64,000 nucleotides of DNA from Octopus vulgaris (GCA_951406725.2 OX597829.1:53010001-53074000); one strand, 5' to 3'. Positions 1-13,617 are shown, numbered from the stretch's first letter. Notes: a model not told the origin generated them from the letters alone. Translations and numbers: made by a program.

Positions 1-102
1 TTCGTATATGCATTTCCTTGATCTTCCACCTCAGTATTGGTCTTAGGTGTTTGCTTTGTTAATTTCTTATGCTTTTAAATCTGTTCACCGAGACCAACGT
101 AA

Positions 103-503
103 TCTATATATATAAAAGTGAAGTTGTGTGAGTGTCTGTCTCCTACGATTTAGATTCCTAACTACTCCCACATTTTGCGGTGCAGTTTAACCAAAACCGG
201 GTATCTTATAGTTGTGATTCATATCGAGCCGTTCTGGGTATTAGCGTGCGTCTACGATGAGTCTACGATTTAAAAAAAAATTTACCATAATTTTTTTCCA
301 TTTTAATGCATTTTTCGCTATTATATAAGGGAAGTAACTCTCTAAAAATGTCTACGATGAGTCAACGATTAAAAAAAAAATTTACCATAATTTTTTTTCC
401 ATTTTTAATGCACTTTTTTGCTATTTTTTGGCTATAACTCTCTAAAAATGCTTATATAGTTATTTCCCTTACAAACCCGAGCGACGCCGGGCGATACTGC
501 TAG
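103..503 (+). mobile_element. Non-autonomous Helitron
   Basis: A|TC 5' end, 3' hairpin CCCGAGCGACGCCGGG (476-491), CTAG|T 3' end. A second copy lies at 33808-34170. Confidence 0.8.
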
Positions 504-595
504 TGTGATATAAATCGATTGATGTCGAGCTTTATATTTTTTCATTTCATTAGTTACTTATGAAAGGAAAGAAACATTTGAAATCGAAAGAAAAA

Positions 596-993
596 GGCAC
601 AGGAGTGGCTGTGTGGTAAGTAGCTTGCTAACCAGCCACATGGTTCCGGGTTCAGTCCCACTGCGTGGCATCTTGGGCAAGTGTCTTCTGCTATAGCCCC
701 GGGCCGACCAATGCCTTGTGAGTGGATTTGGTAGACGGAAACTGAAAGAAGCCTGTCGTATATATGTATATATATGTATGGGTGTGTGTGTATATGTTTG
801 TGTTTGTCCCCCTAGCATTGCTTGACAACCAATGCTGGTGTGTTTACGTCCCCGTCACATAGCGGTTCGGCAAAAGAGACCGATAGAATAAGTACTGGGC
901 TTACAAAGAATAAGTCCCGGGGTCGATTTGCTCGACTAAAGGCGGTGCTCCAGCATGGCCGCAGTCAAATGACTGAAACAAGTAAAAGAGTAA
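596..993 (+). mobile_element. tRNA-derived SINE, CORE-like (octopus OR-like) family
   Basis: Pol III A box TGGCTGTGTGG and B box GGTTCAGTCCC, CTTGGGCAAGT core-like segment, internal TA/TG microsatellite, AAGAGT-type tail. More than 12 copies in the window. Confidence 0.85.
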
Positions 994-1499
994 TTCGAAA
1001 CGGCGTAAGTTGGGGTATACCTACATATACGCAAACTTTAAGTGACCGATGTATGTTATTTCCACTCTTCAACTTGTTCAATTTTACAGATGGTTTTAAA
1101 ATTCTTAGTATTGGCGTAGTCACAGTTCTATTTATAATACTGAGTGTTTAACACGAAACACTGAACATTAACTTATAAATGTATTGCTCATCTTCAAAAG
1201 ACAGAAAGAAGTTTTACTACTTGAGAAATACTTTAAGAGACAATAATAATTCAAACGAGCGTTAAGTGTCCTGCTTAATGAGTTCAAGTTTTTCACCATG
1301 AAGACGCTTGCGTGCCAACCGTTCTAGAACTGCGATTTGTATGTTTGTGTATGTGTGTGTATGTGTGTATACACTTTCTTTTTACTATCAGTATAGCACC
1401 TGTGACTAAACAGCAACAAATTACTAATACTAAATTGCTTACTAATCTCATCATTGTATTTACTTAGTCACTACATATATATATATATATATCTCTTAT

Positions 1500-1536
<37 letters not shown>

Positions 1537-1539
1537 TAT

Positions 1540-1594
<55 letters not shown>

Positions 1595-1857
1595 GTATGT
1601 ATATGCCGCTGAATATAGTAAAACGTGTCGAAGGCATACTGAACTTCTAGTCTTCCCATCCATTGCAAGTTGTCTTGCAAAAAATAAATAATAAAAAATG
1701 AATACTCAGAAGTACCTCCTTCCCACCTGCCTTTCTTTTTCTCTTTCTTTCTGTCTTTTTTTATGTTCAAAGACCATAGGAAGTATTTATGTTGCATGAT
1801 ACAAGTATATTTGAAGTTGTCTTGGTTTGTGTTAATGTTAATACAATTAACGGATAA

Positions 1858-2444
1858 GGCGGCGAGCTGGCAGAACCGTTAGCACGCCGGGCGAAATGCT
1901 TAACACTGTTGCGTCTGCCGTTACGTTCTGAGCTTAAATTCCGCCTAGGTCGACTTTGCCTTTCATCCTTTCAGGGTCGATAAATTAAGTACCAGTTACG
2001 CACTAGGGTCGATGTAATCGACTAAATCCCTTTGTCTGTTCCTGTTTGTCCCCTCTGTGTTTAATTCCTTGTGGGCAATAAAGAAATAAGAAACGTTAGC
2101 ACGCCGGGCGAAATGCTTAACACTATTTCGTCTGCCGCTACGTTCTGAGTTTAAATTCCGCCGAGGTCGACTTTGCCTTTCATCCTTTCGGGGTCGATTA
2201 AATAAGTACCAGTTACGCACTGGGATCGATATAATCGACTTAATCCGTTTGTCTGTCCTTGTTTGTCCTCTCTGTGTTTAGCCCCTTGTGGTTAGTAAAG
2301 AAATAGGTATTTCGTCTGTCGCTACATTCTGAATTCAAATTCCGCCGAAGTTGACATTGCATTTCATCCTTTTGGGGTCGATAAATTAAGTACCAGTTGC
2401 GTACTATGATCGATCTAATCGCCTGGAGCCCTCCCCCAAAATTC
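1858..2444 (+). mobile_element. Tandem trimer of a second SINE family (Meta-domain-like)
   Basis: Three head-to-tail units with B box GAGTTTAAATTCC and GTCGACTTTGCCTTTCATCCTTTCGGGGTCGATAAATTAAGTACCAG. Two units carry an AATAAAGAAATA-type tail. Confidence 0.75.
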
Positions 2445-3348
2445 CTGAAAGAAGCCTGTCGTATATATGTATATATATGTATGGGTGTGTGTGTATATGT
2501 TTGTGTTTGTCCCCCTAGCATTGCTTGACAACCAATGCTGGTGTGTTTACGTCCCCGTCACTTAGCGGTTCGGCTAAAGAGACCGATAGAATAAGTACTG
2601 GGCTTACAAAGAATAAGTCCCGGGGTCGATTTGCTCGACTAAAGGCGGTGCTCCAGCATGGCCGCAGTCAAATGACTGAAACAAGTAAAAGAGTAATTCG
2701 AAACGGCGTAAGTTGGGGTATACCTACATACGCAAACTTTAAGTGACCGATGTATGTTATTTCCACTCTTCCCTAGAGAAGAAAGGAATGCAGTTAACAT
2801 CCAAGCTTCGCCTGTTTAATCTTATATATCGATGCAAAAGTTCAAGAGTCCAGTAAAACTTAATAATATTAGTGTTTGTAATTTCTAATTCATAATTTTT
2901 CATTTATCAATTTGTAATTGATTGAGTTAGGTATGGAAACAATTTGTAGATTACAAAGAATTCTGAAAATATGTTATTAAATGGAATTTTTTCAGTTAAA
3001 ACTCTCCAATTTCCCTTTGCGAGTGGCTATAAGATAAGTAGCTTGCTTCCCAGCCACATGGTCCCAGATTCAGTCCCACTGCGTGGTACCGTGGGCAAGT
3101 ATCTTCTACTATTGCCTTGGGCTGACCAAAGCCTTGTGAATGGATTTGGTAGACGGAAACTGAAAGAAGCTTCTCGTATATATATTTATATATATATATA
3201 TATATATATACATCAAATGAAATAAAAAACAGAACACAAAGGATGTCGCGGTACACGTGTTTCAAGCTTTATAAAACAACCTATTCTTACATCAATGTGT
3301 AATCGACATAACAGATGGTTTAAAGCTCTCTTCAGCCGCATGCAATTG

Positions 3349-3394
<46 letters not shown>

Positions 3395-3960
3395 AGATGC
3401 AGTTCAACGGCCGGGGGTGTTTTTCTCCCCTTCGTATATGTATATAAGGACACAGGGAAAAAATGTGTCGAAGCTATCAGGAGGCGTTCGATGCCTCCAA
3501 GGGCTATACAACGGTGGTGTACCCCCTACTGTCACGTTCTTGTTAGATTGACAGTATACAACCATTCTATATATATATATATATAATTAATAATATCAAA
3601 GTAATAATATTACTTTGTTCAACCTACACAGGTTAATTAGGGATTTTGGAAGAACTAGTTTTTCAACATCGAATGGTCATGAGGGTCCACCAGGATAAAA
3701 TAATAACCAAAGGGATCCATAGATTAAGAAAAGGGGTTGAGAATCCTTGAGAATAGAGAAGTAATGTATTTACATGTAGTTAAGTATATGTCCAGCCATA
3801 GAGTGACCAATGGTTTGGCATCAATAAAGAGCTTAGCCTCTCCCCCCTCCTCCCAGGGGCAACTGCATTGAGCAGGTTGTCACTTATCTGCAACCATCCT
3901 TTTCCTTTTTGATTCTCAAATGTCTATAATCTGGTGCCACCATATTTAGCGCTTCGACTT

Positions 3961-4037
3961 TTTACTGTTCCCAACACACCAACTATTACAGGAATTATCT
4001 TTACAGATTTCATGCTCCAAATTCTTCTTCTTCTTCT

Positions 4038-4070
<33 letters not shown>

Positions 4071-4910
4071 CCTCCTTCTCCTTCTTTTTCTCCTTCTTCT
4101 TCTTTTCTCCTTCTCCTTCTTCTTCTTCTTCTTCTCCTTCTTTACTGTTCCCAACACACCAACTATTACAGGAATTATCTTTACAGATTTCATGCTCCAA
4201 ATTCTTCTTCTTCTTCTTCTTCTTCTTCTCTTCTTCTTCTTCCTCTTCTTCTCCTCCTTCTCCTTCTTTTTCTCCTTCTTCTTCTTTTTCTCCTTCTCCT
4301 TCTTCTTCTTCTTCTTCTCCTTCTTTACTGTTCCCAACACACCAACTATTACAGGAATTATCTTTACAGATTTCATGCTCCAAATTCTTCTTCTTCTTCT
4401 TCTTCTTCTTCTTCTTCTTCTTCTTCTTCTTCTTCTTCTTCCTCCTTCTCCTTCTCCTTCTTCTTCTCCTTCTTCTTCTTTTTCTCCTTCTCCTTCTTCT
4501 TCTTCTTCTTCTCCTTCTTTACTGTTCCCAACACACCAACTATTACAGGAATTATCTTTACAGATTTCATGCTCCAAATTCTTCTTCTTCTTCTTCTTCT
4601 TCTTCTTCTTCTTCTTCTTCTTCTTCTCTTCTTCTTCTTCCTCTTCTTCTCCTCCTTCTCCTTCTTCTTTTCCTTCTTCTTCTTTTTCTCCTTCTCCTTC
4701 TTCTTCTTCTTCTTCTCCTTCTTTACTGTTCCCAACACACCAACTATTACAGGAATTATCTTTACAGATTTCATGCTCCAAATTCTTCTTCTTCTTCTTC
4801 TTCTTCTTCTTCTTCTTCTTCTTCTTCTTCTTCTTCTTCTTCTTCTCCTCCTCCTCCTCCTCCTCCTCCTCCTCCTCCTCCTCCTCCTCCTCCTTCTCCT
4901 CGTCGTTGTT
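3961..4910. repeat. Composite minisatellite: 5 copies of a ~62-bp unit plus (CTT/CTC)n tracts
   Basis: TTTACTGTTCCCAACACACC...CATGCTCCAAA at 3961, 4141, 4324, 4518 and 4722. Confidence 0.95.
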
Positions 4911-6244
4911 GTTGTTAGAACTTTTATAGCGTCATGAAAAATGCTTTTTGGTACTTCTTCTGACTCAATACGTTCTGAGTTCAAATTCCGCTGCACTCAA
5001 CTTTGCCTTTCATCCTTTCGGGGTGTCGATAAAAGAAAGTACCAGTCGTGTACCAGCCCCCCCCCCCCTATTAAAACTATTGGCTTTGCACAAAAATTTG
5101 AAGCCATAATTTTTTTATTGTTGTTGCTGTGATTATTGCTGACGCTACTACTGCTGCTGATGATGATGACGACGATGACGACGACGGTGATGATGATGAT
5201 GATGATGATGATGATGACTTTGATGATGATGATGATTACGATGATGATGATGATGTCGACGATGATAATGAGGAGGAGGAGGAGTAATATATCAGGGTGG
5301 TGAATTCGCAAAGTTGTTAGAACGTCACACAAAACGAAGTTGTCCATTTGTTAGTTTTTTTTTTTTTTTGTTTTATCTTTGTTGTTTTTGAGGGGTTTTT
5401 TTTTTTCATATTTATTGTTTTAGTTGTTTAGTCACAGGTCAGCAGATCTAAATGAACTCTCATACGATTAAAAGCATTCGGCATTCCATCTTTGACAATC
5501 CCGTCTTTATTTCGGTCAATGTGTCTAGAACTACAATACACAATGTCTTATCTCTTTCTTAGAACGGAATTTCTCTTTAGAACAGAACATGAATTAAGAG
5601 TGATTACAGCTTTAGTTAAATTCGATGGCTTAACGCAATGCTTAAAAAAATTATAAACAGGAATGGACTGCGCCCTAGAATTTGCTAGCTTTATCTTTTA
5701 CTTGTTTCAATCATTGGACTGCGTCCACACTAGCGCTCTAAGAGTTTTAGTCGAATAAATCGACCCCACAGAAAGGTTTCTTCAGTTTGGCTGCCACTTT
5801 TCAATGTCATCAATTTTTGTTCTAAGTAATTTCATATTTGAGGTATTGGTTTAGTTTTGTATGGTTATCATTGACATGAAATTCATTTTTGCCAATAAAT
5901 CAATAAATAAGGAGTTAATAGCTTTTAAAGGTTGCAAATTTTGAGTAATCGAAAGCCACAGGTATATGGATACCTGCTTCCAACGTAAAAAGTCAAGCTA
6001 ATACCAAACTGCTTGTCCACCTGACTATTTCCACTTATTAGATGCTCAAAACATGAATTATCAGGTGGTCGTGAAACGTGCGAAAAATAATAGCTAAATA
6101 GGCCTTTAAATCATGTACCAAATATTTTGTTTTTGCTTTTGTTTTTGCATAATCGTATGAATTCCCATGTGTAGAATACAAATTTGCAAAAATTTTCAAA
6201 AAATTCCCAAACACACACACACTCACACACAGGCGTGCGCACAC

Positions 6245-6453
6245 ATACATACACACACGCACACATACACACACACGCACACAAACATATATGACAGGAT
6301 TTTTCAAGTTTCCGTCTACCAAATCCACTCACGAGGCTTTGGTTGGCCCGAGACTATAGCAGAAGACACTTGCCCAAAATACCACGCAGTGGGACTGAAC
6401 CCGGGACCACGTGGTTGAGAAGCAAACCTCTTACCGCCCAGCCACGCCTGTGC
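6245..6453 (-). mobile_element. CORE-like SINE, 5' part
   Basis: Reverse-complement match to the head of 596-993. Confidence 0.75.
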
Positions 6454-6569
6454 CTGAGGACAATAACATTTAAAAGAAATGTAGCATTTAGACTAAGCCT
6501 TTGATTGTCGTAGGTATTCAATATTATATATAAAGTAATATATGTGAAATAGTTAAACAACTAATTAAA

Positions 6570-6950
6570 TTCATTATCTTTAACGATGGCCATATTTCTA
6601 GCCAATCAACCACGCGCACTATATACTTGGTCATCACTTAATTTATTATTACTAATCTAATTTTAGTGTTCTTTGTCTGAAATCTTTCGTCACACATCCT
6701 GTGACCTCTTCAGCGACTCTTTATCCCACGTGTCTCTTCCGTTTTGTTTCATTCATTAGAGAATGGACTAAACAGAACAAGAGGAGACACGTGGGATGCA
6801 GAGTCGCTGAAGAGGTCACAGGATGTGTGACGAAAGATTTCAGACAAAGAACACTAAAATTAGATTAGTAATAATAAAATAAAAGTGAAGACCAATTATA
6901 TAGTGCGTGTGGTTAATTGACAAAAAAAATGTGACCATCCTCAAATATAA
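6570..6950. repeat. Long inverted repeat, probably Penelope-like terminal sequence
   Basis: Arms ~6570-6750 and ~6770-6950; 6642-6720 pairs essentially perfectly with 6800-6879. Contains a CTGAAGA...GAAA core. Confidence 0.85.
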
Positions 6951-9840
6951 CAATATTTGTTTCAACACACGACTTCACATCAGGAATCTTGCACAACAAA
7001 ATACATAAACGTAATAATTAAATTTAGTTCTCTTCTAATTTTGATGCTTCGGTGCAAATCAGGTAAGATGGTTTTATACATAGATTTAGATAAATAGATC
7101 CTACATTTTTCATGGTTATATCTGGTAACTGTAAAACTTTATACAGTCTGTCTTGTGTCTTTGGAAGGTCATTACATCAGTGATAATAAACATACACACC
7201 GAGGGTTAAACATTATCATTTCTCTATTGTTAGTCTATTGGTTAGATATATCTAACCGCCTAACTAATCGATCGTTTGTTTAATGCGTTGGTTAAACAAT
7301 CAATCGGTTGTTTGTTTATCAAAGTTCTTTCGTCGCTATTCGCGACATCGTCAATGACGTACCCTGAAGTTTATACAGCCTACCTACGCAGATATTTCCG
7401 TCCTGCTTTTTATCATCGGAATCTATATAGTAGGAATTTGCAGTAATATGTCGATTAAAAATTAGGACAGATATTTGTTAAGCGTCGCCAGAGCATTTTG
7501 TGTTTTGGGCTTTAGTAAATTTCGATATGACAATACAAGTTGAAAAGAGAATATATCGCAATTGTGCAGGGTTACTCCTTTTCTTCTATAGGCGCAAGGC
7601 TTAAAAATTTTAGCTGAGGGAGCAAGCCGATTATATAGACCCCACTGTTCAACTTGTAGTTTTTTCGGTACTTTTTGGTTATCTCACCCCCATTAAAAAA
7701 TTGGGTTATCACCCCACTAAGAAATTGAGTTTATGTAGCGCAAGAGTTAGAACCTTTCGATTCAATACTTCAACACATTGTTGACTTTTGGCCTCCTCAG
7801 TAGGAATGGCATGATTTGTTATAAAAATGTTATTAGATTCAATAAAATGTTTAATCTTTTTCAGTTTTCATGTTTATTAATTTTTCCTTTTTTTGTTTGT
7901 TTTATTGAGAGTAAAACCATTTTTTTTTTAGTTGAGAGAGATGACCAAAAGTACCGATATTTCTCGTAAAACGGGGAAGATAAGATTTTTTAGCGGGAGT
8001 AAGATAACCAAGAAGTACCGTTTTTTCATATCGACCCAAAAGAATGAAAGACAAAGTCGACCTCGCAGAAAATTAACTGAAGGCAAAGAAATGCTCTTAA
8101 GTATTTTTTCCCGACATGCCAACGATTCTATCAGCTCGCCACCATATTGTGTGGTATTGATAAAGAGCATCAGCGCAAAATATCCTTTTGCTGTTTTTGT
8201 AATTTTTTTTAATGACGATAGCAAAAAGAAACACTTTAGAATAAACTGAAGTGAATTACTTGTGATAGCATAGATACTCTTACCTTCTAGATTGTATTCA
8301 AGTTAATTCAGCTATATCCTACCCGTGTGATCTCTCAGACATTACTGCAACTGAACAGAAGACAGTCTATCACGTTCAATAAAAGAAAATTTAGAAAAAT
8401 CAATATGCAAATACTTTAGTTTAACGAGAGGACATACGATTCCAGCAACGTAGGAGAAGAAACGTTTGACCGACATCGATTTTTTTTTATTATCATTTGC
8501 TTATTTAATTTGGGTAAAATAAAAAAGAAAATCTTCTATCACACCTCTCCCCATATCCTTTTGCCTTGAGATTAATTTACGAATGATTATATTCAGTGCA
8601 TTTAAAGATTTGGAAAATTTCCTGTGCGCTACAGTTTACATGAAACGTTAAGAATAACAGAAAGGATCAGCATTTTTTTGGTGCCACTTAAGCTTGCGGT
8701 CTACCCGGCCATTTACACTTTAGCGTTCAGTCTTACCCTAACTACAAACCTAACACTAATTCTAAACCCTAATCCTAAACGTAAACCATAACCCCAACCC
8801 TAGCTCTACCTTTTACTCTAAATCTTAACCCTATTCTTCATCCAGATCAGGTCACAGCGAAAACTTTGGATACAGAGTAGATTGCACGCTAAAGTAGTAC
8901 TCCCCATAACTTTACCCCATTGGAATTTTCCTCCTTCCTATTTAGGTCCATATCAGCCCTAGTCGAATCGATCTGCGATCAAAGGCATTCAACCGTGACT
9001 ATCATCTGGTCCTTTTTTCCTTTTTTAGTGTACCCAGAACTATGGGTTTTTAAAAAATTTTTTAATATGGCTGGGTGTAATTTTAAGGGGATCTGGTAGC
9101 TATTTCTAGCAAGACGAGCGATTGCTAAAGACTCCCAAAGTTTGATTTATTGATATTAACTGACAGACATCCAAACAAAGCAAACCTCGTAATTACTTTC
9201 AAATGATCTTTATCCAGCAAAAGAAACCTCGAACGACCAGCTTCCAATAGCAACCATTAACTGTTGTTCGTAACGAGTACATTTCTTCAAATCTCCGTAC
9301 TGTCTCGAAAAGAAAGGTTGCATTGGAGAATACAATTCAAGATCATTATTCACTTTAAAATAAAAGACAGGATGGTCATGGCAGGAGTGCCTTTGATTAT
9401 AGACCTTGAAGGCTGATTTGTAGTTAAAGAATAACGTCTAAGGGTGCCTACAATGGTCATTCCCAAAGTTAAGGGTTGAGATCGACAAACTCAGACGAAC
9501 TCGCCCCCACCCCATGATCCACGCAAACATAATTATCCAACATATATTTTAATTGAGTGATTTTCCCCTAACTAGACGATTAACGGTGAAAATGCTCCAT
9601 GCCGGTCGAAGTCCTGGCGGCGCCAATGAAGGTTATATACACTGCAACGTAACTTTGAACTGAAACGAACAAAAAACAAGCAAGTCATCAAGAAAGAAGT
9701 TGAAAACAGCGGCCAAGAAGGCCTTGCAACGAGCAACAACCAACAAAGAAATCAACAAGATAACAAGACAAACATTCTTGTAACTAAAACAGTATTAAGA
9801 AAACCTATGTGGCTTTTTTATACTCCAGTCTTCTAAAACG

Positions 9841-9921
<81 letters not shown>

Positions 9922-10081
9922 AATGTGAAGTAGATAAAACAGCCGACAACTGATGAAGGGTCGTTCTTTATGTTACTTGTCTTGTTTACCATTTGTTTCT
10001 TTCGTTGTTCGCAAAAATAGTTCGTAAGATAATCATTTATTCTTTTGTCATTTCATTTTCTTACGACCAATGTATATATAA

Positions 10082-10148
<67 letters not shown>

Positions 10149-10710
10149 AGCTAGAACAGATTAGAGTACATGAGCCAGTACCTATTGGTTTGCTAAATGC
10201 TCTTTCTATAAGAAAGTCGAAATCGAATTATTCTTATGGATCTAATTACACAACTGAAGGACTTTGGATCAGTTAGCATGAGGGTGGCGCAATCGAAATG
10301 AAAACAAGGAGTTCACTACTTTTTTTTTCTTTAATTTAATACATTTACCTTCAAGCCGACTGTGTGAAACATTTAAAAGGTCCACCCTGAAGGAATAGTC
10401 TTAGAGTCTGTGTGTTTATGTGGCGAATTTGAACGGGTTGGATCATCTGCTATCAATCCTGATTTCTTTCTGAACCAAAACCTAAAAACATTACATGAAC
10501 TCAGAGCAATGTTTCACAAGCAACTACGATGCCTTAAGGTATATTCTTAAAGTGTAAACTGTACGTATAAACTATACACGTTAAAATGTTTTTATCCGTT
10601 TAAAAATTCCGTTTTGATTTAATGAGGGGGATTAACAATACGAACAACCTGATTTTTTTCATTGATTTTATTTATGAGAAACATAATAATTACTATTAAT
10701 TACTGTGGCT

Positions 10711-10871
10711 GCGCAGGAGTGGCTGTGTGGTAAGTAGCTTGTTTACCAACCACATGGTTCCTGGTTCAGTCCCACTGCGTGGCACCTTGGGCAAGTGTAT
10801 TCTACTATAGCCTCGGGCCGACCAAAGCCTTGTGAGTGGATTTGGTAGACGGAAACTGAAAGAAGCCCGTC

Positions 10872-10942
<71 letters not shown>

Positions 10943-11172
10943 TGTGTGTGTTTGTGTGTCTGTGTTTGTCCCCCTAGCATTGCTTGACAACCGATGCTGG
11001 TGTATTTATGTCCTCGTTACTTGGCGGTTCGGCAAAAGAGACTGATAGAATAAGTACTGGGCTTACAAAAGAATAAGTCCCGGGGTCGAGTTGCTCGATT
11101 AAAAAGGCGGTGCTCCAGCATGGCCGCAGTCAAATGACTGAAACAAGTAAAAGAGTAAAAGAGTAAAGAGTA
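10711..11172 (+). mobile_element. Full-length CORE-like SINE
   Basis: Near-identical to 596-993, with an expanded internal (TA)n. Confidence 0.85.
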
Positions 11173-11369
11173 TAAGGTGGCAAATAAAATGTCGTCCATT
11201 TTTAACGTTCTGAGTTCAAATGTCGCCAACGTCGAATTAGCCTTTCATCCTTGTGGGGTACTTAAAATGAGTATCAAGTTGAGCACTGGGATTGATGTAA
11301 TCGACTTACCCCATCCTCCAAACTTGCTGCCCTTACGTCACAATTTGAAACCAATATTATATTGCATGG

Positions 11370-12098
11370 GTGCGGGGTGCAGAATTAGTAATCGGGGTAA
11401 AATGAGTAATCTCTGATTTCGTGTTATTTCCTTCCTTATTCGAAATCGTTACATTGCAAATAATACAGCATTATTTCGTATTGTTGCATCATCTTTAGAA
11501 GTAAAAATTGTTCGGCATAAATGCTGTTGAATTTGAGAGAGTTTGAAACTCTCTTGTCAGGTGACAAGGACTTTCTTTCAAGAAATTTTCCCTCAACTTT
11601 GACCCGGTTGTAATTGAGGTTGCTAATAAAATATCTGTATAAGTTTTGCTGTTTAACAATCAGTATTCTTTTCTTTGTTGGAGTCCAAGTCAATTTTTTT
11701 CCTACATTAATGTCTAATTTGATCATTTTCAAGTTTCAAAAGATGATTCTAAAGTGGGACAAAATGAGTAATGGCTAATTTCAATAATCGCTTCTCTTTA
11801 AATGGATGACGCGTAAATACACCAGGAAGAGAGTCACTCCAGCAGACCGTGAAAAAACTCGAGAATATATCATTATGCTGAGATTTTAGATTTAGTCGAG
11901 TTTCGTTAATTTCATATCATGTGCCATTTTTCTATGACCTTCTTTCATCTGACCTAGATATTTTAAATTTTCGTTGCATTTCTCATCTTTCTGGTGTCTA
12001 AGGATGGATATTGATGTGTATGGGTCGTTTTTTAATTGTAATTCCGGAGAATTGAAGTGCAAATTTACCTTATCTTGTCTTACTCATTTTGCCCCAGC
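11370..12098 (+). mobile_element. Probable pogo/Tigger-like non-autonomous DNA transposon
   Basis: GGGGTAAAATGAGTAA (11393) and GGACAAAATGAGTAA (11757) are inverted relative to TTACTCATTTTGCCCC (12080). Short MTRKYTRKR start near 11806. Confidence 0.4.
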
Positions 12099-13365
12099 TA
12101 AATTTGTGATCGGTGATAATTTTCTGAAATAGGGTTCTGAATATGTATTGTGTTTCTAATGCATTTAAAGAAGGTCGTTTGCTTATCTGATATAGTTTTT
12201 TAAGTTTAGTGAACATTTGTAAAACATTTTTTTGTTTTTTAATGCTCCAAAACAGAGATATAATGACAGGCCTATCACTGATAAGTATCCGGCTAAAATT
12301 AAGCAAATGAATTCATTTACCGATTTTATTATTATTATTTGTTGAAATAGTAGACAATTTCGGAAGTATTCGGGTCAACTTTAAATACTCTGTAGTTTAT
12401 AAAATTGAAGACAATATAGAACAATATTAATAAAGCATTTATCGCAGATCCTCGATAATTTTGTTATCATAAGTACATGAGTTATTGAAGAAGGTTATAC
12501 TCTATAGAAATGAAGTAAAACTTTCTGTCCGGGAATCTCGATTGGTCGAATGAAATGGAAAAGAACCATAAATATCCAAACTTTCGATGCTGACGTCAAT
12601 AACTGCATGATCGATTTTGAGTTGCAATGCTGCAGTGTAGAGAAATTCGATTGGTCAGTAAGTTGATACGTCATCAAAACAGCTGTCGAATTACAAGTGA
12701 GAAGAGAGTGGGAAGAGGAAATCAATAATAACCACGTGTTTATTATCATTTCATGGTTATGTTTACTGATATGTTGCTATATTTAGGAACTTACGGACTT
12801 CATCTTACTACCTTACGTCTGTCATGCTTCTATATATAGAAAAACACGTATATTAACTCTTGGAAACGAATTGAATGTTAGCGATGGAGTCGAAAAATAT
12901 TCTTCGAAATATGAAAGGGCGAAACAAGGGTTTGCGGTTTCGAAATTTATACTCAAAATTTCCGCATTTCCAAGCAATACGGAGCTTTACGTCTAGAAAC
13001 TCAATTCAACGCCGAATTTCGACAAACACGACTTTAATGAGCGTTTGTCTAGTCACATGCTCATTAAGATAGCCAGGTTTCTGATATAGAATAGGTAACA
13101 AGGATCAGAATTTATTTATTTTTTTTATTCAGAAAACAGTTACATCGCATAATTTCTAAAAAAGATAACAGCTGTAAGCAAAATGTAATCAATTAACACA
13201 CATTTGCAATGTGTGTTGTTACGGGTAGGGAGGACTTACTGACCGCTTGAGACGCTTTTGGATTCATAGATGTTTTCAGAAGTTGATAAACTTTATAAAT
13301 AAAAGCTATGCGATTAACTTAGAAGCTAATAGGAAGGGATATTCCAAACTTTAGCATAGATTTTA

Positions 13366-13617
13366 GGCGCAGACATGGCTGTGTGGTAAGATGTTAGCTT
13401 CCCAACCCCTTGTTTCGGGTTCAGTCCCATGGTGTTACACCTTGGGCAATCGCCTTCCATAGTAACCCCGAGAAAGCCAACGCCTTGCGAAAGGATATGG
13501 TAGAGAGAAACTGGAAAAAGTCCATCGTATATGTATGTATGTATGCATATATGTATGTATGTATGTATGTATGTATATATGTATGCATCTATCTATGTAT
13601 CTATCTATCTATCTATA

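Noticed and set aside
596-670. tRNA genes
   Set aside because: The A/B boxes belong to SINE heads; there is no complete cloverleaf and each continues into SINE body.
822-1151. Recurrent MTTNAGVF/MLGGQTQT ORFs as a gene family
   Set aside because: They are SINE consensus translations, with frames not preserved between copies.
3961-4910. CRISPR-like array (constant unit with variable spacers)
   Set aside because: The units are ~62 bp, the spacers are related low-complexity CTT tracts rather than unique sequence, there are no cas genes, and the context is eukaryotic.
3924-4996. Long poly-E/K/R/L ORFs
   Set aside because: Open in several frames on both strands because the repeat lacks stops.
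8735-8835. Interstitial telomere (CCCTAA-like)
   Set aside because: Short and highly degenerate; more likely an internal repeat of an old non-autonomous element.
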